64,000 bases of DNA from an uncultured Chloroflexia bacterium (lineage in GTDB: Bacteria > Chloroflexota > Limnocylindria > Limnocylindrales > CSP1-4): assembly GCA_963828165.1 (NCBI GenBank), contig CAWHDR010000001.1, positions 320,001 through 384,000 of the forward strand, in the 5' to 3' direction. The position numbers and the translations under genes are program-made. Of the stretch, positions 27,057-36,263 are shown in pieces. Each line of letters opens with the position of its first letter. The stretch's first letter is position 1. Below the pieces are notes generated by a model, which saw only the letters and a program-made list of their open reading frames with translations, made no database searches and was not told the DNA's origin.

Positions 27057-29678
27057 GTGACCAGGACCACCCGGATCGTCGCGCTCCGTCGCGCCGAAGC
27101 GGTCCGCCGCCGGCCGCCACAGGGGACTCGTTCGCGCCGTCTCGGGGCGGTCATCGCAGCGGTGGCATCGTCCGCGCTCGTGGTCGTCGGTCTCGCCGGG
27201 ATCGTGTCCGTGTCGGCGCTGGGTGTGCTGTCATCCAACCTGCCCGATCCGAGCGACCTCGGCAATCTCGCGTTCGCGCAACCGACCATCGTCTACGACC
27301 GCTCCGGCAAGACCGAGCTCGGACGGTTCCAGGACCAGCGCCGGCGCGTCATCGACTATGCCGAGATCCCGACCCTCGTCCTCGATGCGACGACGACCGC
27401 GGAGGACCGCTCCTTCTGGGACAACGCCGGCATCGATCCAGCCGCCCTGATCTCGGCCGTCGCGGAGAACGCATCCGGCGTGAGCGAACGTGGCGCCTCG
27501 ACCATCACCCAGCAGCTCGTCCGAGCGCGTCTCCTGCCGGAAGACGTCGTGACGGGCTCCGATCGCTACATGCGCAAGGCCAAGGAGATCGTCCAGGCAC
27601 TGCGGTTGACGGACGAATACCCGGGTGCCGCCGGCAAGGAACGCGTCATCAGCGCGTACCTCAACGAGATCTATTACGGACACGAGGCCTACGGGATCGC
27701 GGCGGCAGCCGACGTCTACTTCGGCGTGACGGACCTCGCGGACCTGACGGTGGCACAGGCCGCGCTCCTCGCCGGTCTTCCGAAGGCCCCATCGATGCTG
27801 GACCCGTACCGGCACGCGGTGAAGGACGACGACGGCCGACTCGTCGTCCCGTCGAGCGCCGAGCCGGTGGTCCGTCGCGACTGGGTGCTCCAGGGACTCG
27901 CGACGGCCGGGCGCTGGACCAAGCTCACCCCGGCACAGCTCGAGGCGGCCATGGATGAGCCCGTCGTCCTGGCCGGGGAGCGACCGATCAGGATCCCTGG
28001 CGGGCACTTCACGTGGCAGGTCCGCCGGCAGCTGCTATCGATCCTGGGACCGGACGCGGACCTTGAGCGCGGCGGCTACCGGGTCACCACGACCCTCGAT
28101 TGGAAGGCGCAGCGACTCGCCGAGCGCTGGGTCGGCGCGGCAGCCATCGCCCCGAACATCTCCCGCAAGAAGGCGGGGGCGATGCTCAAGGACCTGAAGA
28201 TCAAGAGCGGTGACCGGCGCTGGATCACGGCGTTGCGCGGAAAGGATCTGCACAACGGTGCGCTCGTCGCCCTCGATTATCGGACCGGCGACGTGCTCGC
28301 CTACGTCGGCAGTGCCGGCTACGCGCGCGACGACCTCGCGAGCAAGGTCTTCGAGCCGAAGTACGACGCGGCCGGAGACGGCGCTCGGCAGCCCGGCTCG
28401 GCGTTCAAGCCGATCCTGTACGCCGCCGCGTTCGAAGCCAAGCGCCTGAGCCCGGGCAGCCTGCTCCTCGACGTGACCACCGAGTTCGACAAGGGCCAGG
28501 ACTGGGCTCCGCGCGACGCCGACCAGCGCGAGCGCGGTCCGGTCCTCGTCCGGCGCGCGCTCCAGTACTCGCTCAACATCCCGGCCATCCGAGCCCTCCA
28601 CCGCGTCGGCAACGAGCGGGTGGCCGACACGGCCGAGGCCATGGGCATCCGCTTCACCGGTGGTCGAAAGGCTTTCCTCCAGTCGGGCCTGGCCGGCGCG
28701 CTCGGGACGGTCGAGGTCCGACCGCTCGACCTGACGTCCGCGTACGGGACGATCGCCAACGGCGGTGTCCGCGTACCGCCGCGGATGGTGCTCGAAATCC
28801 GGGGACCCGACGGCCGGGTGGTCTGGGCGGCGCCGAAGCCCGATGGAGAACGGGCCATATCCGCGCAGTCGGCCTTCCTGGTCAGCGACATCCTCGCGGG
28901 CAACACGGACCCTGGTCAGAACGACATCTGGGCCGCGAAACTGGCGCTGCGCAACGGTCCCGGCGGATCGCGCCGGCCGGCAGCGGCCAAGACCGGCACC
29001 ACCAACGACGCCCGCGACCTCGGCACCTATGGCTACCTCCCGGCGAGCGGCACGGACGGCGTCGGCCTCGTGGTCGGTGTCTGGATGGGCAACAGCGATC
29101 ACTCCTACCCGCGTTCCCGGGGCGACGCGGCCACGTCGTTGACCGCGGCCGCGCCGTTGTGGCGTGCGTTCGTCCGCGATTACACGCGCTCGTGGGAGGT
29201 CGCGAAGTTCAAGCGGCCCAAGGACGTCGTCTCGGCCACGATCGACGCCTGGTCCGGCGGTCGACCCGGCTCGTGGACGCGGGACACGACCAAGGAATGG
29301 TTCATCCGCGGCACGCAGCCCGGCGCACGGAAGGCGATCGACCGCGATGGCCTTCTGTACCGGCTGGGCTGTGGCGGTTGGCGGGTCGATCCGGTCAAGG
29401 CGGAGCTCGGACGGCCGGCGTGGAAGGCGGACGTCCAGGACTGGTTGCGGCGGGCGCGGCAGGGCAACGGCGTCACCGGTCGCTACGACTCGTCGACGGC
29501 CTACTTCTGGGGCGAGAGCTCGTGGGGTGGGTCGCTCTACGGGGCATGCTACCGACCGCCGGTACGCGAGAGGCCGGACAAGCCTGACAAGCCGGACAAG
29601 CCGGACAAGCCCGACAAGCCCGACAAGCCGGGCGGCGGCGATCCCAAGCCGACGCCCCCACCTCCGGACGGCGATTGA
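27057..29678 (+). CDS. Second class A penicillin-binding protein with (PDK)n tail
   Basis: TM anchor; EDRSFW, GASTITQQL, RKAKE, YLNEIYYG; GSAFK, SLN, KTGT. Confidence 0.93.
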   Translation: MTRTTRIVALRRAEAVRRRPPQGTRSRRLGAVIAAVASSALVVVGLAGIVSVSALGVLSSNLPDPSDLGNLAFAQPTIVYDRSGKTELGRFQDQRRRVIDYAEIPTLVLDATTTAEDRSFWDNAGIDPAALISAVAENASGVSERGASTITQQLVRARLLPEDVVTGSDRYMRKAKEIVQALRLTDEYPGAAGKERVISAYLNEIYYGHEAYGIAAAADVYFGVTDLADLTVAQAALLAGLPKAPSMLDPYRHAVKDDDGRLVVPSSAEPVVRRDWVLQGLATAGRWTKLTPAQLEAAMDEPVVLAGERPIRIPGGHFTWQVRRQLLSILGPDADLERGGYRVTTTLDWKAQRLAERWVGAAAIAPNISRKKAGAMLKDLKIKSGDRRWITALRGKDLHNGALVALDYRTGDVLAYVGSAGYARDDLASKVFEPKYDAAGDGARQPGSAFKPILYAAAFEAKRLSPGSLLLDVTTEFDKGQDWAPRDADQRERGPVLVRRALQYSLNIPAIRALHRVGNERVADTAEAMGIRFTGGRKAFLQSGLAGALGTVEVRPLDLTSAYGTIANGGVRVPPRMVLEIRGPDGRVVWAAPKPDGERAISAQSAFLVSDILAGNTDPGQNDIWAAKLALRNGPGGSRRPAAAKTGTTNDARDLGTYGYLPASGTDGVGLVVGVWMGNSDHSYPRSRGDAATSLTAAAPLWRAFVRDYTRSWEVAKFKRPKDVVSATIDAWSGGRPGSWTRDTTKEWFIRGTQPGARKAIDRDGLLYRLGCGGWRVDPVKAELGRPAWKADVQDWLRRARQGNGVTGRYDSSTAYFWGESSWGGSLYGACYRPPVRERPDKPDKPDKPDKPDKPDKPGGGDPKPTPPPPDGD
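29574..29627 (+). repeat. Coding 9-bp tandem repeat (PDK)x6
   Basis: CCN-GAC-AAG x6. Confidence 0.9.
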
Positions 29679-29711
29679 CACCGCGTTGACTCCCCTCCAC
29701 AGTCCGGCGAC

Positions 29712-30842
29712 ATGCGCTCCGACGTGACCACCTGGGCGATCCGTGGCATCGGCCTCGCCGCGGGCGCTCTCCTCGTCTTCGGCCTCATCCAGCTCGGGAT
29801 CGCGGCGGCGAATGTGCTGCTGCTCCTGTTCCTGTCGGTCCTGCTGGCGTCGGCGCTCGAGCCGATGATCGGCTGGCTGCGCGAGCGTCTCCGGCTTGGT
29901 CGCGTCGGGACGATCCTCATCGTCTACCTCGCCTTCTTCATCGTCGCGATCGGGATGGCCTTCATCGTCGTGCCGGCGGCCGTGAACCAGGGTCAGCGGA
30001 TCGTCGCCTCCTTGCCACCGTTCTTCGATGAGATGCGCGACTGGGCAAGCACGCTGCGACCGGTCGCGCTCTCGACGTCGATCACGGCCCTCGTCGATTC
30101 GGTGGCGGAGTTCTTCGCCCCGGCCCCGCCGCCGAGCCCGGGCGAGGTCGTGGAGGTCGGCACTGCGGTCGCCGAGGGGGCGCTCTTCCTGTTCACGATG
30201 CTGGCCATCGTGTTCTTCTGGCTCGTGGAGCACGCCCGGTTGCAGCGCTACACGCTGGCGTTCCTTCCGGCCGACCGCCGAGCCGGGTCCCGTAACGCGT
30301 GGAACGAGATCGAGACCCGCCTGGGGCTGTGGGTCCGCGGGCAACTCATCCTCATGGGCTCCATGGGCGTCGCGACCGGCGTCGCCTATTCGCTGCTGGG
30401 CCTGCCGGGAGCCCTCCTGCTGGGCTTCATCGCCGCGCTGACCGAGGCCATCCCCATCGTCGGGCCGTTGCTGGGGGCCATCCCGGCCATCCTGGTGGCC
30501 GCCACCGTCTCGCCGGAGCTCGCCCTGGTCGTCGCCCTCATCTATCTCGTGCTCCAGCTGATCGAGGGCAACGTGCTCGTGCCGATCGTCATGCGCAACA
30601 CGATCGGGATCTCCCCGCTGCTGGTGCTGTTCAGCCTGCTCGTGGGCGCCGAGGTAGGTGGACTGCTGGGGGCGTTCCTCGCGGTGCCGATCGCGGCCTC
30701 GATCGAGATCGTTCTTTCCCGCCTCCAGGCCCGAGAGACACCGGTCGCCCAGGATCCGGCCGCGATCGAGACTCCCGACGAGGACACGACCGAGGGCTAC
30801 GAGCGCTCGTTGCCGGACGCCGCCAACGCTTCGTCGAAGTAG
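29712..30842 (+). CDS. AI-2E family transporter
   Basis: Multi-TM; WVRGQL, IPIVGP, Q.IEGNVL.P, GG..GA.LAVP.AA. Confidence 0.9.
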   Translation: MRSDVTTWAIRGIGLAAGALLVFGLIQLGIAAANVLLLLFLSVLLASALEPMIGWLRERLRLGRVGTILIVYLAFFIVAIGMAFIVVPAAVNQGQRIVASLPPFFDEMRDWASTLRPVALSTSITALVDSVAEFFAPAPPPSPGEVVEVGTAVAEGALFLFTMLAIVFFWLVEHARLQRYTLAFLPADRRAGSRNAWNEIETRLGLWVRGQLILMGSMGVATGVAYSLLGLPGALLLGFIAALTEAIPIVGPLLGAIPAILVAATVSPELALVVALIYLVLQLIEGNVLVPIVMRNTIGISPLLVLFSLLVGAEVGGLLGAFLAVPIAASIEIVLSRLQARETPVAQDPAAIETPDEDTTEGYERSLPDAANASSK

Positions 30843-30875
30843 GTCACGGGTTCCGCTCGCCGAGACGCGAAGACC

Positions 30876-31850
30876 CTAGATCCAGTCGCGCCAACGGGCC
30901 ACGCCAAGGATCACGATCGCCATGCCGATCATCGCGCCCACGACGATCCAGAAATTCGTCGTGTCCTCGAAGAACGGCATCGCGAAGTTCATGCCCATGA
31001 CGCCGGCCAGCACGACGGCCGGCAGCAGGACCCCGGACAGCAGGGTCAACGTCTTCATGACGTCGTTCGCGTGCTGTGAGACCCGGCCCATGTAGATGTC
31101 ATACGTGCCCAGCAGGCTGTCCCGCACCGAGTCGATCGCGGTGATCGCTCCCTCCAGGCGGTCCACCAACCCTGGCCACGGTTGGCCGACGGCCTCTTCG
31201 GGCTGCATCTCCGGGCGGGCGAGAGCCGCCAACGCCTCGCGATGGGGGGCAAGGGTTCGGCGCATGAGGCCGATGCGCCTTCGGAGCGAGACGAGGGCAC
31301 CGAGGACATCGTCCTTCGGCCGGCCGTGCAGGGCCCGCTGGTCGAGGTCATCGATGTCGCGCTCGATCAACTCGACGAGCTGGAAGTACCCGATGAAGAC
31401 CTCGTCCACCAACGCCGACATGAGGGCGGCGGCGTCCAGCGCGCCCAACCGGGTCTCGCCATCCAGGCCTTCCACATACCGTTGAAGAGCGCCGACCGGG
31501 CCGCTATGGACGGAGAGCACGAGGTTCTCCCTCGCGACCAGGTCGATCTCGCGGCGGCTCAGGCGATCGGGGTCGTCCTCCGTGGGCTCGAGTGCCTCGA
31601 GGGTGAGATGCAGCCGATCCTCGGACCGCCAGGAGTTGGCCCGACCGAATTCGTTCCCGAGTCGTTCCTGTTCCGCCTCGGGGAGCTCCAGGCGAGCGGC
31701 CAGCTCGGCGAGGGCTTCCTCGTCATCGGCTCGATCGAAATCGATCCACAGCAGCTGTCGGTCGCCGAGCTTCGAGACGTCGAGGTCGGCCAGGTCGATG
31801 CGCCGATCGTGGCCATCGGCATCGAATAGCCGGGCGGTGACGGGGCTCAG
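30876..31850 (-). CDS. corA: CorA family Mg2+/Co2+ transporter (start probably CTG 31850)
   Basis: NDVMK.LT, GMN signature (GVMGMNF), two C-terminal TMs. Frame is open and CorA-like (ARLFDADGHD, LLWIDF) 110 codons upstream of the first GTG at 31520. Confidence 0.85.
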   Translation of the reverse strand: MSPVTARLFDADGHDRRIDLADLDVSKLGDRQLLWIDFDRADDEEALAELAARLELPEAEQERLGNEFGRANSWRSEDRLHLTLEALEPTEDDPDRLSRREIDLVARENLVLSVHSGPVGALQRYVEGLDGETRLGALDAAALMSALVDEVFIGYFQLVELIERDIDDLDQRALHGRPKDDVLGALVSLRRRIGLMRRTLAPHREALAALARPEMQPEEAVGQPWPGLVDRLEGAITAIDSVRDSLLGTYDIYMGRVSQHANDVMKTLTLLSGVLLPAVVLAGVMGMNFAMPFFEDTTNFWIVVGAMIGMAIVILGVARWRDWI

Positions 31851-31868
31851 TTGACGGAGCTCAGTTGA
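31838..31868. repeat. 14-bp tandem duplication at the stop/start junction upstream of corA
   Basis: TGACGGGGCTCAGT TGACGGAGCTCAGT TGA. Confidence 0.75.
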
Positions 31869-31998
31869 GGAGCGCGAGCAGCAACGCCGCGACCCCTGCG
31901 ACCGCGGCGACCAGGTACTGGAGCACGAGCATCCCGCGGTCCGACGCCGGCTCGGCGTCGTCCATCACGAACGGCTGGTGGGTCCTGTCGGTAAGCAT
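31861..31998 (-). CDS. Small C-terminally anchored membrane protein (45 aa)
   Basis: MLTDRTHQPFVMDDAEPASDRGMLVLQYLVAAVAGVAALLLALLN; GAGGA upstream. Confidence 0.55.
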   Translation of the reverse strand: MLTDRTHQPFVMDDAEPASDRGMLVLQYLVAAVAGVAALLLALLN

Positions 31999-32273
31999 CG
32001 ATGTGGCGTCCTCGAGGAGTTGATCGGCGGCATCCCGCCTCGACTCGAATGCTCGGTCCAGCGCCGATGCGGCGATACCGCGGCGAGGCTCCGGCGCATC
32101 ACGCGCGCATGACAACCCCGAGTCTGCGAGCCGCCTGAAACTTCTGACCGGTGCGCCGCGACACCAACGTGGCCATCGCCCCCCTAGGGTCAAGCCGTCG
32201 GTTGGCACTCACCGGCCGGTTCGCCACCCCGCGCGCGGTGGCCGCCGTGATCGATCTCCAGGAGGTACTTCCC

Positions 32274-32450
32274 ATGTGGACGCGCTTGCTCCTTGCCCTG
32301 GCCCTCGGGGCCGCCCTCATCGCGTGCACGCCCGCGGGCGGGTCCAGCCCGGCCGCGACCGTCGAGCCGAGCGTCGCCGCGCCGAGCGTCGCCGCTCCGA
32401 GCGACGCGGCCCCGATGCCGAGCGACTCGGCGGCGCCGACGGCGTCCTGA
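32274..32450 (+). CDS. Small Ser/Pro/Ala-rich lipoprotein (58 aa)
   Basis: SD AGGAGG, signal peptide with lipobox LIAC, low-complexity mature part. Confidence 0.7.
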   Translation: MWTRLLLALALGAALIACTPAGGSSPAATVEPSVAAPSVAAPSDAAPMPSDSAAPTAS

Positions 32451-32471
32451 TCTGTCCGATCGTCGCGATCC

Positions 32472-32505
32472 AGACGCCGGGTCCCGTTCGCGGGACCCGG
32501 CGTCT
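32472..32505 (+). terminator. Intrinsic terminator-like hairpin
   Basis: 15-bp perfect stem AGACGCCGGGTCCCG-TTCG-CGGGACCCGGCGTCT. Confidence 0.8.
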
Positions 32506-32646
32506 TCATGCCGTTGTTATGTACGCGCGGTCCGTCGTAGTCCGCGCGCCGCGCGGCGAGCGCGAGAGTGACGACCAGCCCCGACGTTGGGGGCGAACGA
32601 ACCCCAGCAGGCGGGTGAGAGGCCCGCATGGGGATGGAGGTATCGA

Positions 32647-32928
32647 ATGAGCATCATCGCGTGGATCGTCCTCGGCGCCATCGCCGGGTACCTGGCCGGC
32701 TTCCTTGTCAAGGGTGACGAGGGTCTCGGCATCATCGGCCACATCGTGCTCGGCATCGTCGGCGCGCTCGTCGGCGGCTTCCTTGCCGGTGTCATCTTCA
32801 ACACGGATCCGATCGACGGCGCGTTGGACATCAGCTCGATCGTCGTCGCGACCATCGGTGCCGTGATCACGGTCCTCGTGGTCGGCGCGGTGACGGGTCG
32901 CTCGCGAGTGGGTCGCGGCCCCGTCTGA
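32647..32928 (+). CDS. GlsB/YeaQ/YmgE (transglycosylase-associated) stress membrane protein
   Basis: IIAWIVLGAIAG.LA..L, G...G.IVLGIVGALVGGFL, S.VVATIGAVI. SD GGAGG. Confidence 0.9.
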   Translation: MSIIAWIVLGAIAGYLAGFLVKGDEGLGIIGHIVLGIVGALVGGFLAGVIFNTDPIDGALDISSIVVATIGAVITVLVVGAVTGRSRVGRGPV

Positions 32929-32971
32929 TCAACACCCGGGTCGAAACCCGGACCCATCTCAGCACGCGAAC

Positions 32972-32997
32972 AGGCCCACCCGAGCGGTGGGCCTTTT
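32972..32997 (+). terminator. Intrinsic terminator
   Basis: AGGCCCACC-CGAGC-GGTGGGCCT followed by TTT. Confidence 0.7.
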
Positions 32998-33025
32998 CGC
33001 ATCCAACGCTCAAGGAGGAGGCATC

Positions 33026-33493
33026 GTGTCCCAGATCATCGAGTCGATCGACGTCGACGTCCCGGTCCGCGTCGCGTACGACCAATGGACCCAGTTCGAG
33101 GAGTTCCCGCAGTTCATGGAGGCCGTCGAGAAGGTCGAGCAGCTCGACGACACGACCCTTCGGTGGACCGCCGAGATCGCCGGCGTCAGCAAGACCTGGA
33201 AGGCCAGGATCACTGAGCAGACGCCTGACCAACGGATCGCCTGGACGTCCGTCGAGGGAGCCCAGAACGCTGGCGTCGTGACGTTCCATCGCCTTGACGA
33301 CCGCAGGGCGCGGGTGACCCTGCAGCTCGATGTCGAGCCCGAGGGTCCCGTCGAATCGGTCGGGGATGCACTCGGCATCGTCGGGCGGGGGGCGAAGGAC
33401 GACCTCAAGCGCTTCAAGGAGTTCGTGGAAAGCCGTGGCGTCGCGACCGGCGCGTGGCGCGGGGAAGTGCACCAGGAGGACGTCACCGGCTGA
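33026..33493 (+). CDS. SRPBCC / polyketide cyclase family protein
   Basis: ESI.VDVPV..AYDQWTQFEEFP.FM..V..V.QLDD, W.A.ITEQ.PD.RIAW.S, DL.RFKEF.E.RG..TGAWRGEV. SD AAGGAGG. Confidence 0.92.
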   Translation: MSQIIESIDVDVPVRVAYDQWTQFEEFPQFMEAVEKVEQLDDTTLRWTAEIAGVSKTWKARITEQTPDQRIAWTSVEGAQNAGVVTFHRLDDRRARVTLQLDVEPEGPVESVGDALGIVGRGAKDDLKRFKEFVESRGVATGAWRGEVHQEDVTG

Positions 33494-33540
33494 TTCGCCG
33501 TCCCCCGGACGGGTGCCGGGGATCAGCGGGCGGAGCCGTG

Positions 33541-33734
33541 ACGTTAGTGCAACGCAGCGGGTCTGCGGACATGGGCGACCGTGACGCATCGGGCCCAACA
33601 CTGGCGACGTGGCTCCCGTGCCACTGGGGGTCCGGGAGCCACCTGATCACCTGTTATGGCGATGCAATGTCCCATCCGGCTGACGTGACGATCGCGTGGC
33701 CGCCGGGACCCTACCTTGAGGGTCAATAGCGGCC
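33541..33734. ncRNA. Candidate structured ncRNA: ~146-nt bulged rod plus a second hairpin (6S-like architecture possible)
   Basis: Nested stems ACGTTAG/CTGACGT, GGACAT/ATGTCC, GCATCG/CGATGC, GTGGCTCCCG/CGGGAGCCAC, then GGCCGC..GACCCT/AGGGTC..GCGGCC. Lies in a 430-bp gap with no convincing ORF. Confidence 0.4.
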
Positions 33735-33922
33735 GGAGCCGTTTCAAAAGCTTCACCGCAGAGATGGATATCCCCAACCGGGAGCGCTTGTGACGGGGCG
33801 TTCTCGGACCGCACGGACGGCCCGGGTCCCCTCCCCGAGCCGTCCGTCGCCATTTCCCGTCGCATCGCCCGGTACGTATGCTTCGGGGCCGACCTGGCCA
33901 CACATCCAAAGGAGTCCGAGCC

Positions 33923-34306
33923 ATGGCCACCACACCGCGATCGACGCAGACCGAAGAAACAGCCGCTCAGGAGGCCAAGGAAGCCGCGCAGCAGGCCAAG
34001 GAAGCGGTGCGCGACGCCGCCGACACGGTCCGCGGCGTGGCCAATGAGGCCGTAGCCCGCTTTCCTGAGGCCGCCGCCACCACCCGCGAGGCGATCACGG
34101 ACGCCCGCCGCGCGATCGACTCCGGCTCGGATGAGACGCTGTCGGCCGGCACCCTCGTGGCATTCGGTTTCGCCCTGGGCCTCCTCGTCGGTGGCGCGAA
34201 TCGCCTGCTCGTGATGCTGGCGCTCGTGCCGGCCGCAGCGATGGGCCTCACCCTGCTGGACCGCCAGAGCGACCGGCCCGGATCGAAGCCCAGCACGACG
34301 CGCTGA
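33923..34306 (+). CDS. Hypothetical protein: helical Ala-rich N-terminus + C-terminal TM hairpin (ElaB/YqjD-like architecture)
   Basis: SD AAGGAG; QEAKEAAQQAKEA repeats followed by two hydrophobic segments. Confidence 0.7.
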   Translation: MATTPRSTQTEETAAQEAKEAAQQAKEAVRDAADTVRGVANEAVARFPEAAATTREAITDARRAIDSGSDETLSAGTLVAFGFALGLLVGGANRLLVMLALVPAAAMGLTLLDRQSDRPGSKPSTTR

Positions 34307-34459
34307 CGCCACGGAGCGGACTCCGGGCGAACGCGGCCCCCGTGCTGCAACGTCCCCGCAATCGGACCGCCGTCCTCGACGGGTATCGCGATACGCGGCG
34401 GGGACTAGGTTCTCGGTACGGCGCAACCAGCGCCACTACCGTGAAGGAGTCCGACCATC

Positions 34460-34792
34460 ATGGATGACGTCAAGAAGGGCTATCGAGACGCAGAGACGGA
34501 CGCCAAGCAGACGTGGCGCAAGGCTGACGGCGAATCCCTCAGCGACAAGGTCGCGAACGCGGGCGACGAGATGCGCGAGCAGCTTGGCAATGCAGGCGAC
34601 GAGGTCCGTGACGTCGCGGACGACAGCACCCAGGACATGAAGCGCGAGTATCGCGACACGCAGAACGACGCCAAGGCTTCTTATCGGAAGTCCGACGGCG
34701 ACGAATCCCTCGCCGACCACGCCGGCAATGTCGGCGACGAGATCCGCGAGCAGGCCGGCAACGTGGGTGACGAGCTCCGCGGCGACCGCTGA
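34460..34792 (+). CDS. Hydrophilic LEA/CsbD-like protein made of two tandem ~55-aa repeats
   Basis: SD AAGGAG; D.K..YRD...DAK...RK.DG.ESL.D...N.GDE.REQ.GN.GDE.R occurs twice. Confidence 0.75.
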   Translation: MDDVKKGYRDAETDAKQTWRKADGESLSDKVANAGDEMREQLGNAGDEVRDVADDSTQDMKREYRDTQNDAKASYRKSDGDESLADHAGNVGDEIREQAGNVGDELRGDR

Positions 34793-34818
34793 CGGCTATC
34801 TCCCTACCGTCGCATCCA

Positions 34819-34845
34819 AGGCCCCGGCGACCCCCGCCGGGGCCT
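34819..34845 (+). terminator. Terminator-like hairpin
   Basis: AGGCCCCGGCG-ACCCC-CGCCGGGGCCT. Confidence 0.65.
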
Positions 34846-34952
34846 CCTCATGTGCGACACGGAGCGAGTGATCGCACACGTGAGCGCGGCGCGCGGCGTA
34901 TCCTCGGCCTTCGCGCGGGGGGGTGAAGCCGGAGAAGGTGGGAGGGCGCGGC

Positions 34953-36161
34953 ATGTCCGAGTCCGATGACGCCGCAGCCGACATCGATCAGCGCATCGAG
35001 GGGGTCGTCGACGACGCCGATCTGGGCCCCATCGCGGAGGCACTCGCGCGCCGCCGGGGCGAGATCCTCGCGGCCTGGCTGCAGGCAGCACTGGAGCAGC
35101 CGTTCCACGCCGACAATCCGAGCGCCTCCGTCGCCGATCACATCCCCGTGCTGCTCGACAACATCATCGGCGTTCTGCGGACCTCGACCTACCGCAACGA
35201 CCTCCAGCCGCCGATGGACGACCCCGCGGTGATCGACGCGGCCAAGGCGCACGCGCAGATGCGCTTCGACCAGGGTCTCGGGCCGGTCGCGATCGTGACC
35301 GAGTTCCGTTTGCTCCGCCACGAGATCGGGCGGGCACTCATCGCCTCCGTCCAGGACGCCCGGGGGCCGGACCTTCTGGCGGGCCAGGCCGTCATCGACG
35401 ATGCGCTGGACGGCGCCGCGACCGTCGGGCTGAACGCACTCTCGCATCGCGTCGAGAGCCTGCGCGAGGAATTCCTGGCGACGACGGTCCATGACATCCG
35501 CCAGCCGATCACGCTCGTGACAGGATCACTCGACCTTGCCGCCCGCTGGCTGGACGAGCCCGAATTCGACCGGGAGCGCATCTCGGAGGTCGTCAAGAGT
35601 GCCGTGGTCGCGGTCAACGAGATCAACATCATGCTCGACACCCTCGGCGACGCCTCGCGGCTGGCCATGGGCGCCCTGGAACCGGACCCCGAGCCGGCGA
35701 AACTCGACGCGATCGTGGTTGACGCACTCGCGCTCCTGGACGCCGAGACGCGTCGACAGATCGAGTTCGAGTCCTCGGCCCATCCGCTGGTCGGCCTCTG
35801 GGACCCGCATCTCCTCCGTCGCGTCGTATCGAACCTCATCAGCAACGCGCTGAAGTACTCGCCCGGCGACGGTCGTATCGAGATCCGGGCCGAGCGTGCT
35901 GCCAATGGGATCGGCCAGCTCACGGTCCGCGATCGCGGCATGGGTCTGACCACCGACGAAGCCAGGACCGTATTCGATCGCTTCGTGCGGGCCGACCGCG
36001 CTCGAGCACAGGGCATCCCCGGGCTCGGGCTCGGGCTCTATGCCTGCCGTGGCATCGTCGCGGCGCACGGCGGCACGCTCGTGCTCCTTTCGGACGGGCC
36101 GGGGACGGGCACCACGGTGGTCGTCGCCCTCCCCTTGATCGAGGACGACGGCGAAGGGTGA
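34953..36161 (+). CDS. Cytoplasmic sensor histidine kinase with RsbRD_N-like N-terminal domain
   Basis: EIL..W, AK.HA..R..QG....I..EF..LR; H-box HDIRQP, NLISNALKYS, D.G.G, FDRF, GLGLGL. Confidence 0.85.
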   Translation: MSESDDAAADIDQRIEGVVDDADLGPIAEALARRRGEILAAWLQAALEQPFHADNPSASVADHIPVLLDNIIGVLRTSTYRNDLQPPMDDPAVIDAAKAHAQMRFDQGLGPVAIVTEFRLLRHEIGRALIASVQDARGPDLLAGQAVIDDALDGAATVGLNALSHRVESLREEFLATTVHDIRQPITLVTGSLDLAARWLDEPEFDRERISEVVKSAVVAVNEINIMLDTLGDASRLAMGALEPDPEPAKLDAIVVDALALLDAETRRQIEFESSAHPLVGLWDPHLLRRVVSNLISNALKYSPGDGRIEIRAERAANGIGQLTVRDRGMGLTTDEARTVFDRFVRADRARAQGIPGLGLGLYACRGIVAAHGGTLVLLSDGPGTGTTVVVALPLIEDDGEG

Positions 36162-36263
36162 CCGGGGGCCCAGACGGGAATTGCTCCCACGCGCAACACG
36201 CTCGCAAGACAACCCCATCGACCCGCGACATCCGGGGGGCCCTCGGTGGCCGACTCTAGGAGC

